Virus record (IMG/VR): IMGVR_UViG_3300015610_000939
Length of the DNA: 64,000 nucleotides
Origin: an uncultured virus (IMG/VR IMGVR_UViG_3300015610_000939)
Taxonomy: Duplodnaviria; Heunggongvirae; Uroviricota; Caudoviricetes
Direction: 5' to 3' (one strand)
Numbering within the stretch: the first letter of the stretch is position 1; each line of letters starts with the position of its first letter. Position numbers and translations under genes: made by a program. The notes beneath the pieces were generated by a model. It was not told where the DNA came from and made no database searches. It saw only the letters and a program-made list of their open reading frames with translations. Of this stretch, positions 20,957 to 29,913 are shown one piece after another.

Positions 20957-23900
20957 ATGCCAGCCGGTGCAAATCAACCAGCCACAACCATTCCACTTCA
21001 GGAATCCATCCGTAAGCTCTCGAAATACTTCGGACTTTACACGGTAAAGGATCTTGCGGGCTCTATTGCTCTCTCCCAGATCCAAGGGCAGGACACTAAT
21101 TCCTCTTTTGAACTTCCACCGCCACCAGAGTGGATCACCAAGATGATTGAGGTGCTGATTGACACTTCAACCGGTGGATACACGAGCCAGGACATTGTTG
21201 ACAACATCAACCGCTTGCTCTTGGAAGGTGGTGGAGCTCAGAATATCCAAAATGTCATCGAGTCATTGAACAAGTCGGTGAAAGTGGTATTTGGCCCTGG
21301 GGATGGTGCTGGAAACCGTGCTGCCGGTGAGGGCTCCGGTGTGATCAAAGGTTCCACAAATAGGCCAGAAGACTCCGTTCAGGCCATTCTTGGCTCCACA
21401 ACCATCAACTCCGACAGGGCGCACCCAAACAGAGATATTTCCCCTTCCTTGTCTGCGATCATGGTGAACAACGTTCGGGTTCTCCCAATCCACAGGAACG
21501 TGAACGCTGTTACCATCTTCATGAATGCCCTGCCAAGCATTGAGATTTCCAGGTGCGTTCCATTCCTGGAAGTTGTCTTCCAATTCAGCCGCCCGCCAAC
21601 GGATGCTGATGGAAGGATTCAAGCTCCTGGGTTGATCAAGTTCATTGATGGAGCGGAGGTTGCAAATGGAACACGACGCATCCTGCTTGACTCGTCTGTT
21701 GTCAAGGGAACAAACTCCGTTGGAAGGCAGCAGGAATACACGGCAGTGGGGATGGAGGTCTTCACAGCTCCACAAACATTTGTGAATGCCGACGAGGACA
21801 AGAGTCAGAGCGCGCACGGTTCCGATAGAAGAAGTGTGCCAATCCAGGATAAGTTCAGGCCGATGATGACCTTCAAGAGCTTGACGGTCGAGATTCTCCC
21901 AACGACCGGCTTCATGTGCTTCAAGACAGCTAAGATGGACTTTGTTCTCCATGACAAGTCGCGTCTTGCTGAGGTCGCAGACTTCATTCGTCCTGATCTT
22001 TATGGAAATACGGAAATCTTGATCGAATACGGCTGGAGTCACCCCGATCCGCCATCGGCGAACAACATGTACGCTAATCTCCTCAACGGAATGAGGTGCA
22101 AGGAGAAGTATGGAATCATCAACACCTCCATGAAGTTTGATGAGGCTGGACAAGCTGTCATTTCTCTTTCCCTTGCAATGAGAGGAGCAAATGACTTCAG
22201 GACTGAGACCATTTCCTCTGACGAAACTGGAGTTTCTGACATCATTCGTCAGGTCAGGAACCTCACCGAACAAGTTGGGGAGCTTCGCAGGAGGGTATTC
22301 CAGTCCAATTCCATTGGAACTCGTGAGGTAAGGGGTGTTCAGGTCTTGGATGCAGCAAGCGACAGCAACGGCCAACTCCTCTTGACCCCAGAACTCAGGA
22401 CTGAACTTGCCAACTTTCGAGCCGCTCTGAGGAACACACAGAACCCAAGCGCAAGAGCTCTCCTGGGAGCCTTGAATAACCTTTATGGTGCCGATGGTCG
22501 AAGAGGCCAAACAACTCAGCTCCGTTCCACTATTCAAGCAAACATCGCTAGGAAGCTCGCTAGGCTGTCCAGAGGTGGAGTTGAGGCGTTCTCAGCAGCC
22601 CCTACCGCAAACTACCCGGAAGGGCGTGCAGCGGGCCGCAGATACATCTCCTATTCGGGCGATGTGGCAAGGGAGATCAAGCAAGCAACCGAAGATCTCA
22701 GAAAGCTTGGAGTTCGCCCTTCTGTCACCCTTGGTTCTCTTTTCCTTGCATTCGTTGGACAACCACTTGCGCTCTCCAGGAAGTTCGACGATGTTCAGTT
22801 GATCTTCTACCCATTCAACTCCTATGCTGGATTCGCAAGAACCCTGAATATCGCTAATTTCCAGGTGGATACAAGGTACTTTCTGAGGGAGTACACAAGG
22901 TACAGAATGGAGAACATCTCCCGTGCTGGAGATATGTCCCTCCAGGATTTCCTAAGCTTTGTCTCTTCCACAATCATCGAAGACCCAGCAGCTCCATCCT
23001 ACGGTCTGAGGAACCCAAGCGGAACTGGAAGGGCATGGTGGACCACCCCAAGCGACAATGCTGTTGGTTCTGGAGAAGCCCAATCAACGGCGACGGATTC
23101 CCTTGCCCTCCAAACCAGGATCGAGCAACTCCTTAGCGGACCAAATGGAACTCCAGATGGAAGCTTCAAGCTCCCACAGCTTGATTACTTCATTGAGTGC
23201 ATCCCAAGGACAGCAAGAGCCTTGCCGGAAGGTGCAAACTCCGATACTGCTTCTGGAGTGTCCATCCTCCGTGTGCACATCTTTGACAAGCACACAACCT
23301 CCTACGACACACAGGCTGCTCTCCTGGAAGCCAACCGAGAGGATGAGCTCAGGTCCATTCGTCCTGTCCCAACCCAACAAGGAGGCAATCCTGGGGTTTC
23401 TCAATCCCATGCAATGGAGGCCAACTCCATCATCCAAGCTGCTCAGAACGCTGGGTTGATCACTCAAATTCCCAACTCCAACCCGCCAATTTACAGGATT
23501 AACGGCGGGCCAGCAAAGTTGCGGGAGTTCATGATGAAGACCTCGCCCTACATCCTTGTTGGGGCACAGGGTACAGCAGTAAAGGACGCAGCTCTCTCGA
23601 CTCAACAGAACGCGCAGCTCTCCACAGTCAACCTCCTTCGTTCCTTTCACTCGGACCCCCTGGAACCGAATGGTGAATCTCCTGGGGGGCTACCTCTCCA
23701 GGTTATCCCTTGCGATCTTTCCATCCCTTCCCTTGGTTGCCCTCTCCTGGAGTACGGGACGAAGTTCTTCGTTGACTTCAAGACCGGGACAACCATCGAC
23801 AACTTCTACTACGTCACAGGAATCTCCCACAGGATCGAGGCAGGAGTCTTTACGACCGATGCCAAGTTCTCGCCTTACGATGGCTGGGGCAAGTACCGTT

Positions 23901-24010
23901 CCTTGATCGACACGATCAAGAACGCCCAAACGATCTTGAACGATATTCAAGCGAACGCAAACAACACCCCAACAGGTCAACCAACAGGTGCACCAACAAG
24001 GTTGAGGTGA
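20957..24010 (+). CDS. Baseplate hub protein (gp27/VgrG-like), large
   Basis: 1017 aa after the LysM gene; IEYGWS and C-terminal GCPLL..YYVTGISHRIEAGVFTT hub-type motifs. Confidence 0.6.
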   Translation: MPAGANQPATTIPLQESIRKLSKYFGLYTVKDLAGSIALSQIQGQDTNSSFELPPPPEWITKMIEVLIDTSTGGYTSQDIVDNINRLLLEGGGAQNIQNVIESLNKSVKVVFGPGDGAGNRAAGEGSGVIKGSTNRPEDSVQAILGSTTINSDRAHPNRDISPSLSAIMVNNVRVLPIHRNVNAVTIFMNALPSIEISRCVPFLEVVFQFSRPPTDADGRIQAPGLIKFIDGAEVANGTRRILLDSSVVKGTNSVGRQQEYTAVGMEVFTAPQTFVNADEDKSQSAHGSDRRSVPIQDKFRPMMTFKSLTVEILPTTGFMCFKTAKMDFVLHDKSRLAEVADFIRPDLYGNTEILIEYGWSHPDPPSANNMYANLLNGMRCKEKYGIINTSMKFDEAGQAVISLSLAMRGANDFRTETISSDETGVSDIIRQVRNLTEQVGELRRRVFQSNSIGTREVRGVQVLDAASDSNGQLLLTPELRTELANFRAALRNTQNPSARALLGALNNLYGADGRRGQTTQLRSTIQANIARKLARLSRGGVEAFSAAPTANYPEGRAAGRRYISYSGDVAREIKQATEDLRKLGVRPSVTLGSLFLAFVGQPLALSRKFDDVQLIFYPFNSYAGFARTLNIANFQVDTRYFLREYTRYRMENISRAGDMSLQDFLSFVSSTIIEDPAAPSYGLRNPSGTGRAWWTTPSDNAVGSGEAQSTATDSLALQTRIEQLLSGPNGTPDGSFKLPQLDYFIECIPRTARALPEGANSDTASGVSILRVHIFDKHTTSYDTQAALLEANREDELRSIRPVPTQQGGNPGVSQSHAMEANSIIQAAQNAGLITQIPNSNPPIYRINGGPAKLREFMMKTSPYILVGAQGTAVKDAALSTQQNAQLSTVNLLRSFHSDPLEPNGESPGGLPLQVIPCDLSIPSLGCPLLEYGTKFFVDFKTGTTIDNFYYVTGISHRIEAGVFTTDAKFSPYDGWGKYRSLIDTIKNAQTILNDIQANANNTPTGQPTGAPTRLR

Positions 24011-24049
24011 GCCCTGGATTCTAGTTGAGTCCTGTGTTACCATCTCAGG

Positions 24050-25321
24050 ATGGACATTTACATCCACAAAGATGCCGTTGGGTTCTCTCAACACCTTGTA
24101 TGCCAATCTGATACGCGGAAAATCCTGAAAGTCAAGGAGCTCCCCGATACGCCATTGGTCTACGGAACACAGCAGTTCGAGGAGATCGCTCACCTCCATG
24201 GGTTGACCTCTCCAGAGTTCCCACCTGCTTCGCACAAGAAGGCCCTTCAAACGGCTTTGGCTGGCCAGGAGGTGTCTAGGGTGCCTTGGGCTCTCACAAT
24301 GCCCCAGTCGGTCTTCCTGGGGGCTCTGAGAGAGTTGGGGGACTACCTCATCGACAACTTCTCTTCCCTGGACTTGGAGTATTACCTGACACACGTCAAG
24401 GCTACCTCCGAGGTATTTGATCACCTCCAACCAGCAAAGATTGATCCGGTAGCTTGGAAGGTGTTCGGGGAGGACAAGCACGCCACTCAGATCATTCGGT
24501 CCTTTGAACCCGACCAGCTTGGGTTCGCTCAGGACGTGGTCTATTCAAGAGAAACAAAGACCGGACGAACCAAGGTTGTCTCTGGTCCAAAGATTTTGTC
24601 GCTCCCCAAGGATAAGCGTTCCCTGCTTACCTCAAGGTTTGGAAGGAAGGGGAAGATCATCTCCTTGGACTACCGCTCCCTTGAACCCTGGGTTGCCCTG
24701 GCTCTTGGGGGAGATCCTTCTACTACTATTACTATCCCCCCCTCTTCCTCTCTTCTTGGTTATCCTCCACTCGCACCTTCACCTACAGTTGTGGAAGACC
24801 TGTATGCTCATATTTCCAAGAAATTGGGCATTTCCGAAATCCCGAGGAACACAGTGAAGGAAGTTGTCCTGAGCCAGCTCTACGGAGCAAGCCGTGAGAC
24901 GGTTGTTTCCAAGCTGGACTCAGTTAGGGATGCCGATGGATTGATCGAGCTCCTCGATGACTTTTTTGGGCTGCAAAAAATGCGTCAACGCTTGAAAGAA
25001 GAGAATGAAGCTTCCGGTCGCACCTTCCTCAAGAGTTACTTTGGACGGCATGTGGATACGAGAGAGGCCGAGGACTACATGCTCCTCAACTACTTCATCC
25101 AGAGCACCGCTGTGGACGTAGCTCTCTACGGCTTCAAGAGGGTCCTGGAAGCCATTGAAGGGGATACAAAGATCGTTCCCTTGTTCCTTGTGATCGACTC
25201 GATTGTGCTCGACGTACACGAGGAAGCGGAGGGTAGGCTTCCCGAGCTTTGCAAAGTCGGCTCCCAGGGCATCCCCCTCTTCCCAGGCTTTACCTTTCCT
25301 CTCAAGGCCGAACGATTTTAG
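24050..25321 (+). CDS. Family A DNA polymerase-like protein (polymerase domain only, divergent)
   Basis: Motif A LDYRSLEP; motif B R..VK...LS.LYG; YFGR; NYFIQSTA.D; motif C variant VIDS. Confidence 0.8.
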   Translation: MDIYIHKDAVGFSQHLVCQSDTRKILKVKELPDTPLVYGTQQFEEIAHLHGLTSPEFPPASHKKALQTALAGQEVSRVPWALTMPQSVFLGALRELGDYLIDNFSSLDLEYYLTHVKATSEVFDHLQPAKIDPVAWKVFGEDKHATQIIRSFEPDQLGFAQDVVYSRETKTGRTKVVSGPKILSLPKDKRSLLTSRFGRKGKIISLDYRSLEPWVALALGGDPSTTITIPPSSSLLGYPPLAPSPTVVEDLYAHISKKLGISEIPRNTVKEVVLSQLYGASRETVVSKLDSVRDADGLIELLDDFFGLQKMRQRLKEENEASGRTFLKSYFGRHVDTREAEDYMLLNYFIQSTAVDVALYGFKRVLEAIEGDTKIVPLFLVIDSIVLDVHEEAEGRLPELCKVGSQGIPLFPGFTFPLKAERF

Positions 25322-25367
25322 CTTCTGGTGGTTAAATCGAAGTTTCTTGCCAGCTATCTTGTCGGAC

Positions 25368-25976
25368 ATGACAACACCCGAGTTCGACAAAGCGGTAAGC
25401 AACTTCCAGAAGCTTGAGAAGTTCGTCGCTGACAACGTTAAGTCCTCATCTCAGAAAAAAGAAGCTCTTCTCAAAGTCCTTGGGGATACCCCGGAGCTTG
25501 TGTTGGCTCCTGCATCCACAAGACAAGAGTACCACGGAGCTTTCCCTGGTGGACTTGTCGAGCACTCCCTCAAGGTACTCAAGAACATGAGCATCCTGAA
25601 CAAGAGCTTTGAGACCAAGCTCTCAATTGAGGAAATGGTGGTGGTTTCCCTTTTCCATGATGTCGGGAAAGCTGGGAAGGATGGCGTCGAGTATTACCTT
25701 CCAAAAAATTCCGACTGGCATGCCTCTCGTGGTATCTTCTACGAGGTCAATCCGGTATTCAGTTCGACGAAGGTATCGCAGCTCTCCCTCTTCAAGCTTC
25801 AAGCAGCCGGTGCTGTGCTGAGCGAAGGTGAGTTCACAGCGATCTACAACTTTGATCAAGCAAATCGCGACCCTGACATGCCAATGACCAACGAGCCGAC
25901 CCTCGCTGTCATGCTCCGTCAAGCTATCGGAATCTCCTGCCACCAAGGTCGTGACAAGAGCAAGGTCACCCTTTGA
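25368..25976 (+). CDS. HD-domain hydrolase
   Basis: APAST..YHGAFPGGLVEHSL and LFHDVGK. Confidence 0.85.
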   Translation: MTTPEFDKAVSNFQKLEKFVADNVKSSSQKKEALLKVLGDTPELVLAPASTRQEYHGAFPGGLVEHSLKVLKNMSILNKSFETKLSIEEMVVVSLFHDVGKAGKDGVEYYLPKNSDWHASRGIFYEVNPVFSSTKVSQLSLFKLQAAGAVLSEGEFTAIYNFDQANRDPDMPMTNEPTLAVMLRQAIGISCHQGRDKSKVTL

Positions 25977-26060
25977 AAAATCGTATAAGTGTGCGAATTC
26001 ACTGGAAATAAATCGTACACGGCGGTTAACAGTTCACCCCTCCTGGGCCATACTTAGAAA

Positions 26061-26143
26061 GACAGCAAAACGGCTGTCCCAAGAGTAAAACCCAAGTTTC
26101 AACCCAATCACAACCCAAGTAAAACCCAAAGGAAAAACCCAAA
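26061..26143 (+). repeat. Hairpin plus five AACCCAA direct repeats in the SSB leader
   Basis: GACAGC/GCTGTC stem 26061-26078; AACCCAA at 26089, 26101, 26112, 26123, 26136. Confidence 0.8.
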
Positions 26144-26959
26144 ATGACAATCAACATCAAGGCACTCGCAGAAAAGTTCGCTGAGCTCTCCGGTGAAAAG
26201 AAGAAGAAGGCGGGTCCCTCGCTTCCGTTTTGGAAGCCAACCTTGACCGAGGATGGAAAGGCACGTACTTTCAACATCCGTTGCATGCCAACCAGCTTCG
26301 ACGGACAGCCGTTCTTCGAGCTGAACTACTACGACAACAAGAAATTGAGCCCTTTCCGTCTTGTGGCTCCTGCTCAGTTCGGCCTTCCTGATCCCGTTGC
26401 AGAACTTGTTGTCGAGCTCAACAAGGATCGCGGAAACAAGAACGCCTGGAACACGATCCGTGGTCTCCTTCCTCAGCCTCGCTTCTACGCTCCAATCCTT
26501 GTTCGTGAGGAGAAGGAGAAGGGTGTGCAGGTTTACGAGGTGAGCCGTAATCTCTGCAAGAAGTTCTATGCGAACTTCCTTGATGAGGAGTACGCCGAGG
26601 AGCAGCTCAACGACCCAATGGTTGGTCGTGACTTCAAGTTGACGGTTTCCCCAAGCGGAAAGACGTTTACGAATGAGACAACCGGCAAGTCGTACCCTGT
26701 GAACGACGTTGACGTTCGTCCTGGTGGCAAGACCTCGAAGCTTGCTGCAACGCAAGAGGAGATTGACAAGCTGGTTGCCAGCGTGCCGAACTTTGCTGAA
26801 ATCTTCAAGAAGCAAGTCAAGGGCTACGACGAGCTTGCTCAGATGCTCCGCAAGTACCTCGACATTGACGCAGGAAGCATCGCTGGAACTGCCGACGCAG
26901 AAGTTGGCTCTGACGACGAAGCCCTGAAGTCGGTTGAGGATCAGTTCAACGGCCTCTGA
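26144..26959 (+). CDS. Single-stranded DNA-binding protein (T4 gp32-like)
   Basis: FWKP..IRCMP..PF; RFYAPILVR; DP..GRDFKL; acidic C-terminal tail; upstream of recA. Confidence 0.85.
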   Translation: MTINIKALAEKFAELSGEKKKKAGPSLPFWKPTLTEDGKARTFNIRCMPTSFDGQPFFELNYYDNKKLSPFRLVAPAQFGLPDPVAELVVELNKDRGNKNAWNTIRGLLPQPRFYAPILVREEKEKGVQVYEVSRNLCKKFYANFLDEEYAEEQLNDPMVGRDFKLTVSPSGKTFTNETTGKSYPVNDVDVRPGGKTSKLAATQEEIDKLVASVPNFAEIFKKQVKGYDELAQMLRKYLDIDAGSIAGTADAEVGSDDEALKSVEDQFNGL

Positions 26960-26977
26960 TACAGAAAAAAGGCAGAA

Positions 26978-27012
26978 AAAAACCCTCATCGGTGAAAACT
27001 GGTGGGGGTTTT
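26978..27012 (+). terminator. Rho-independent terminator (possibly bidirectional)
   Basis: AAAACCC-T-CATCGGT/GAAA/ACTGGTG-GGGTTTTT after the SSB stop, with an A-run on the 5' side. Confidence 0.8.
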
Positions 27013-27032
27013 TGGCATTCTAGGGGAAAGAA

Positions 27033-27359
27033 ATGTCAAGCAAACCAAGCAAGATTTTTGAGACAGTCGACGGCATTTTCTACGCCTCCATTCCATCGGG
27101 CTTTGAGAAGAAGGTTGTCCGGGAGCACGCTCTCTCGGAGCATTCCTTTCAGGCTAGCATGGGTGTGATCAACTTCAATGATGGCAGGTTCTATCTGAAG
27201 GACCTTGTCACGAATGGGTTCTACTTGATGGATGGGAGCAGCTTTGCCGATATGGTGAAGAAGGCAACCTTGATCAAGGGAATGATCACGGCTCGTTGGA
27301 AGTGGAAGGCTACGCCGTCCTCAGTCACCCTGGTTTTTTGCGAACAAGTGGACGAATAG
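27033..27359 (+). CDS. Hypothetical protein
   Basis: 108 aa ORF between terminator and recA. Confidence 0.55.
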   Translation: MSSKPSKIFETVDGIFYASIPSGFEKKVVREHALSEHSFQASMGVINFNDGRFYLKDLVTNGFYLMDGSSFADMVKKATLIKGMITARWKWKATPSSVTLVFCEQVDE

Positions 27360-27417
27360 GCAATTCAAGTATTCGTTCCGACCAGAAATTAGCTCACAGA
27401 ATCAAGGAAGCAAAGCA

Positions 27418-28644
27418 ATGGCAAAAGCAAAGACAGTGAAAGAAGCAGCTCCAGCAACCGCAGCCGCAACAACAATGGACAACGCCGATGATTACTCCTC
27501 GGAATTGATCAAGCAGATCAACCGAGAGGCAAAGGAGCAAGTTGCTTGGAATCTCGGTGATGTTTCCGCACCAACGAACATCAAGCGTTGGGTGAGCACC
27601 GGCTCTGTCCTCTTGGACTATGCTATCTCGAACCGCCCTGGTGGTGGCTTTCCAGAGGGAAGAATCATTGAGATTCAAGGCCCTCCGTCTTGTGGAAAGA
27701 GCCACCTTGCATTCCAGGCTGCAAAGAGCTGCCAAGAGATGGGTGGCATTGTGGTTTACATCGACACGGAGAATGCAACCTCTCCTGAGAACCTCCGGTC
27801 GCTTGGATTGGACGTGAAGAAGAACTTCGTGTTCATTCAGAACAACTGCACGGAGGAGGTCTTCAAGTTCATTGAAATGGCCATTCTCAAGTCTCGCGCC
27901 CTCAACAAGAACGTTCCAATGTTGATCATTTGGGACTCTGTTGCTGCTACTTCCCCAAAGGCCGAGCTTGAAGGAGAGTACACCGATAACTCCATCGGTC
28001 TCCAGGCCCGTGTGCTCTCCAAGGGCATGCGGAAGATCAGCAATATCATCGCCAGCGAGAAGGTGGTTCTCTTGATCATCAACCAGCAGCGCATGAAGAT
28101 TGGCGTCATGTACGGTGACCCAACCACGACTCCAGGTGGCTCTGCCATCCCCTACGCTTGCTCTGTTCGACTTCGTGTGATGACGGGTCAGCCTATCAAG
28201 GGAGAAAAGGATAAGGTTTACGGCATCAACGTCGAGGTGAAGGTCATCAAGAACAAGGTTGCCCCACCTTTCCGTGCCGCTGAGCTCTCGATCCTCTTCG
28301 GAAAGGGAGTTGTTGACGATGGGCCACTCTTTGACTCTCTCAGGCAGTTCTGTGAGGCTAACGGCCCCGTGATCTACAACGGGAAGCGCTTGAAGATTGA
28401 AGGCGCTCAAGCCTGGAAGACCTTCTCCGTTGTGAATGCCTCGGACGGAGAGATTATCCATGAGGTGAAGTTCTACAAGGACGATTTCCGTTCTTCGGTG
28501 TTGAATGTCCCCGAGTACAAGGAGTATGTTGACGCTCTCTGCGCCACTGCCCTTGTTGCTGGAGAGGATACCCAGCATCCATCGTTCAAGGGTGTTGACG
28601 CCAACTCCTACGAGGAAATGCGAAAGCAGGAAGACGACGAATGA
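27418..28644 (+). CDS. recA: RecA/UvsX recombinase
   Basis: STGSVLLD, GPPSCGKS Walker A, YIDTENA, WDSVAA, GLQAR, INQ.R.KIGVMYGDPTTTPGG, KNKVAPPFR. Confidence 0.97.
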   Translation: MAKAKTVKEAAPATAAATTMDNADDYSSELIKQINREAKEQVAWNLGDVSAPTNIKRWVSTGSVLLDYAISNRPGGGFPEGRIIEIQGPPSCGKSHLAFQAAKSCQEMGGIVVYIDTENATSPENLRSLGLDVKKNFVFIQNNCTEEVFKFIEMAILKSRALNKNVPMLIIWDSVAATSPKAELEGEYTDNSIGLQARVLSKGMRKISNIIASEKVVLLIINQQRMKIGVMYGDPTTTPGGSAIPYACSVRLRVMTGQPIKGEKDKVYGINVEVKVIKNKVAPPFRAAELSILFGKGVVDDGPLFDSLRQFCEANGPVIYNGKRLKIEGAQAWKTFSVVNASDGEIIHEVKFYKDDFRSSVLNVPEYKEYVDALCATALVAGEDTQHPSFKGVDANSYEEMRKQEDDE

Positions 28645-29144
28645 GCATTAACATCAGCTTCAAGAAGGTCCACCCAAACGCTCAGCTCCCAACCCAAGCC
28701 AACCCTGGGGATGCGGGCTTTGACCTCTATTGCGTCGAGGATTTTGAGTTGAAGGCCGGGGAAACCCTTTTGGTGAAAACCGGCTTGAAACTTGCCTCGG
28801 TCTCAAACACCCAACTCCAGGATGTTTTCCTTCAAATTCTCGGTCGAAGCGGTCTTGCCAAGAAGGGAGTTTCCCCAATTGGTGGCATTGTGGACCCCAC
28901 GTACCGAGGAGAGATTGGAGTTTTGCTCCACAATGGCAATTCTCCAAAGTTGGAAAGGGACTCTTGGGGTGGCTACTACCTTGATCCATGCCCGATTGCC
29001 TTCAAGGCTGGGGACCGGATTGCTCAAGTTGTGATCCAGGTGATTGCCACGCGCAGCTCCATCGGGACTGTTAACTTGACTGAAGTCGAAGAAGTCGAAG
29101 ACACCTCCCGTGGGGATGGTGGATTTGGTTCGACTGGGCGGTGA
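28641..29144 (+). CDS. dut: dUTPase
   Basis: DAGFDL, GRSGLA, GIVDPTYRGEI, GDRIAQ, RGDGGFGSTG. Confidence 0.97.
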   Translation: MSINISFKKVHPNAQLPTQANPGDAGFDLYCVEDFELKAGETLLVKTGLKLASVSNTQLQDVFLQILGRSGLAKKGVSPIGGIVDPTYRGEIGVLLHNGNSPKLERDSWGGYYLDPCPIAFKAGDRIAQVVIQVIATRSSIGTVNLTEVEEVEDTSRGDGGFGSTGR

Positions 29145-29188
29145 AAAAATACCGCGAGATGTGAGAGAGTCCTTGCATAGGTAACTCC

Positions 29189-29245
29189 ATGCAAGAACGA
29201 CCAATCCTCATCATCGACGGCATGAACATCTTCGTCAGAGCATAG
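29189..29245 (+). pseudogene. Orphan duplicate 5' end of the 5'-3' exonuclease gene (18 codons)
   Basis: MQERPILIIDGMNIFVRA* versus MKERPILVIDGYNIFVRHF at 29910. Confidence 0.85.
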
Positions 29246-29253
29246 TTAGTGCA

Positions 29254-29913
29254 ATGGCGAAGAAGCGAATCATAATTCCAGAACCAGAGCTGCGTCGGCT
29301 GTATATCGACGAGCAGTGGTCAATGAAAAAGATCGCAGAACACTTTGCCTGTTCCGTGCAGACGATTTGTAATTTGCTAAGAGATTCTGGCATTAAAGCT
29401 AGATCCCCCTCAACACCTTCCCCAAATCGTTCTAGATCAAAAATCGGAAGCAAAAATCCAATGTACGGAATCAAGCGGCCAGAACATGCGGCTTTGATGA
29501 GTGAAAAGCGAAAAGGTGTTGTCTTCTCCGAAGAAACCAAGCGCAGGATGTCTGTTGCGAAAAATGGTATGTGGGGCGGCAAGTACATTGGACCAAATCA
29601 CCCTCGATGGTTGCCGCCCGAGCAACGAAAATCTCCTCTTTACAAGCAAATTCGTGATTGTGTGAAAATGCAAGACTGGAGGAAGAAGGTGTTTGAACGA
29701 GACAACTACACCTGCAAGTTCTGCAATCACCGGGGTGGAACTCTTAATGCGGACCACATTAAACAGTTCGCCTTGATTCTCAAGGAGAATTCAGTGAAAA
29801 CATTGGAGGATGCTTTGGAATGCTGTGAGTTGTGGGAGCTTGATAATGGGCGAACTCTGTGCGACGACTGCCACCGCAAGACAGACACTTTTGCAAAGAA
29901 GGTAAATTCATGA
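29254..29913 (+). CDS. HNH homing endonuclease (HTH + NUMOD-like + HNH)
   Basis: KNPMYG, SEETKRRMS; VFERDNYTCKFC..NADHIK..NGRTLCDDCH. Confidence 0.9.
   Translation: MAKKRIIIPEPELRRLYIDEQWSMKKIAEHFACSVQTICNLLRDSGIKARSPSTPSPNRSRSKIGSKNPMYGIKRPEHAALMSEKRKGVVFSEETKRRMSVAKNGMWGGKYIGPNHPRWLPPEQRKSPLYKQIRDCVKMQDWRKKVFERDNYTCKFCNHRGGTLNADHIKQFALILKENSVKTLEDALECCELWELDNGRTLCDDCHRKTDTFAKKVNS

Noticed and set aside
29859..29909. ORF-track start for the exonuclease at 29859
   Set aside because: The true start is more likely ATG 29910, supported by the duplicate N-terminus and the ATGA coupling.
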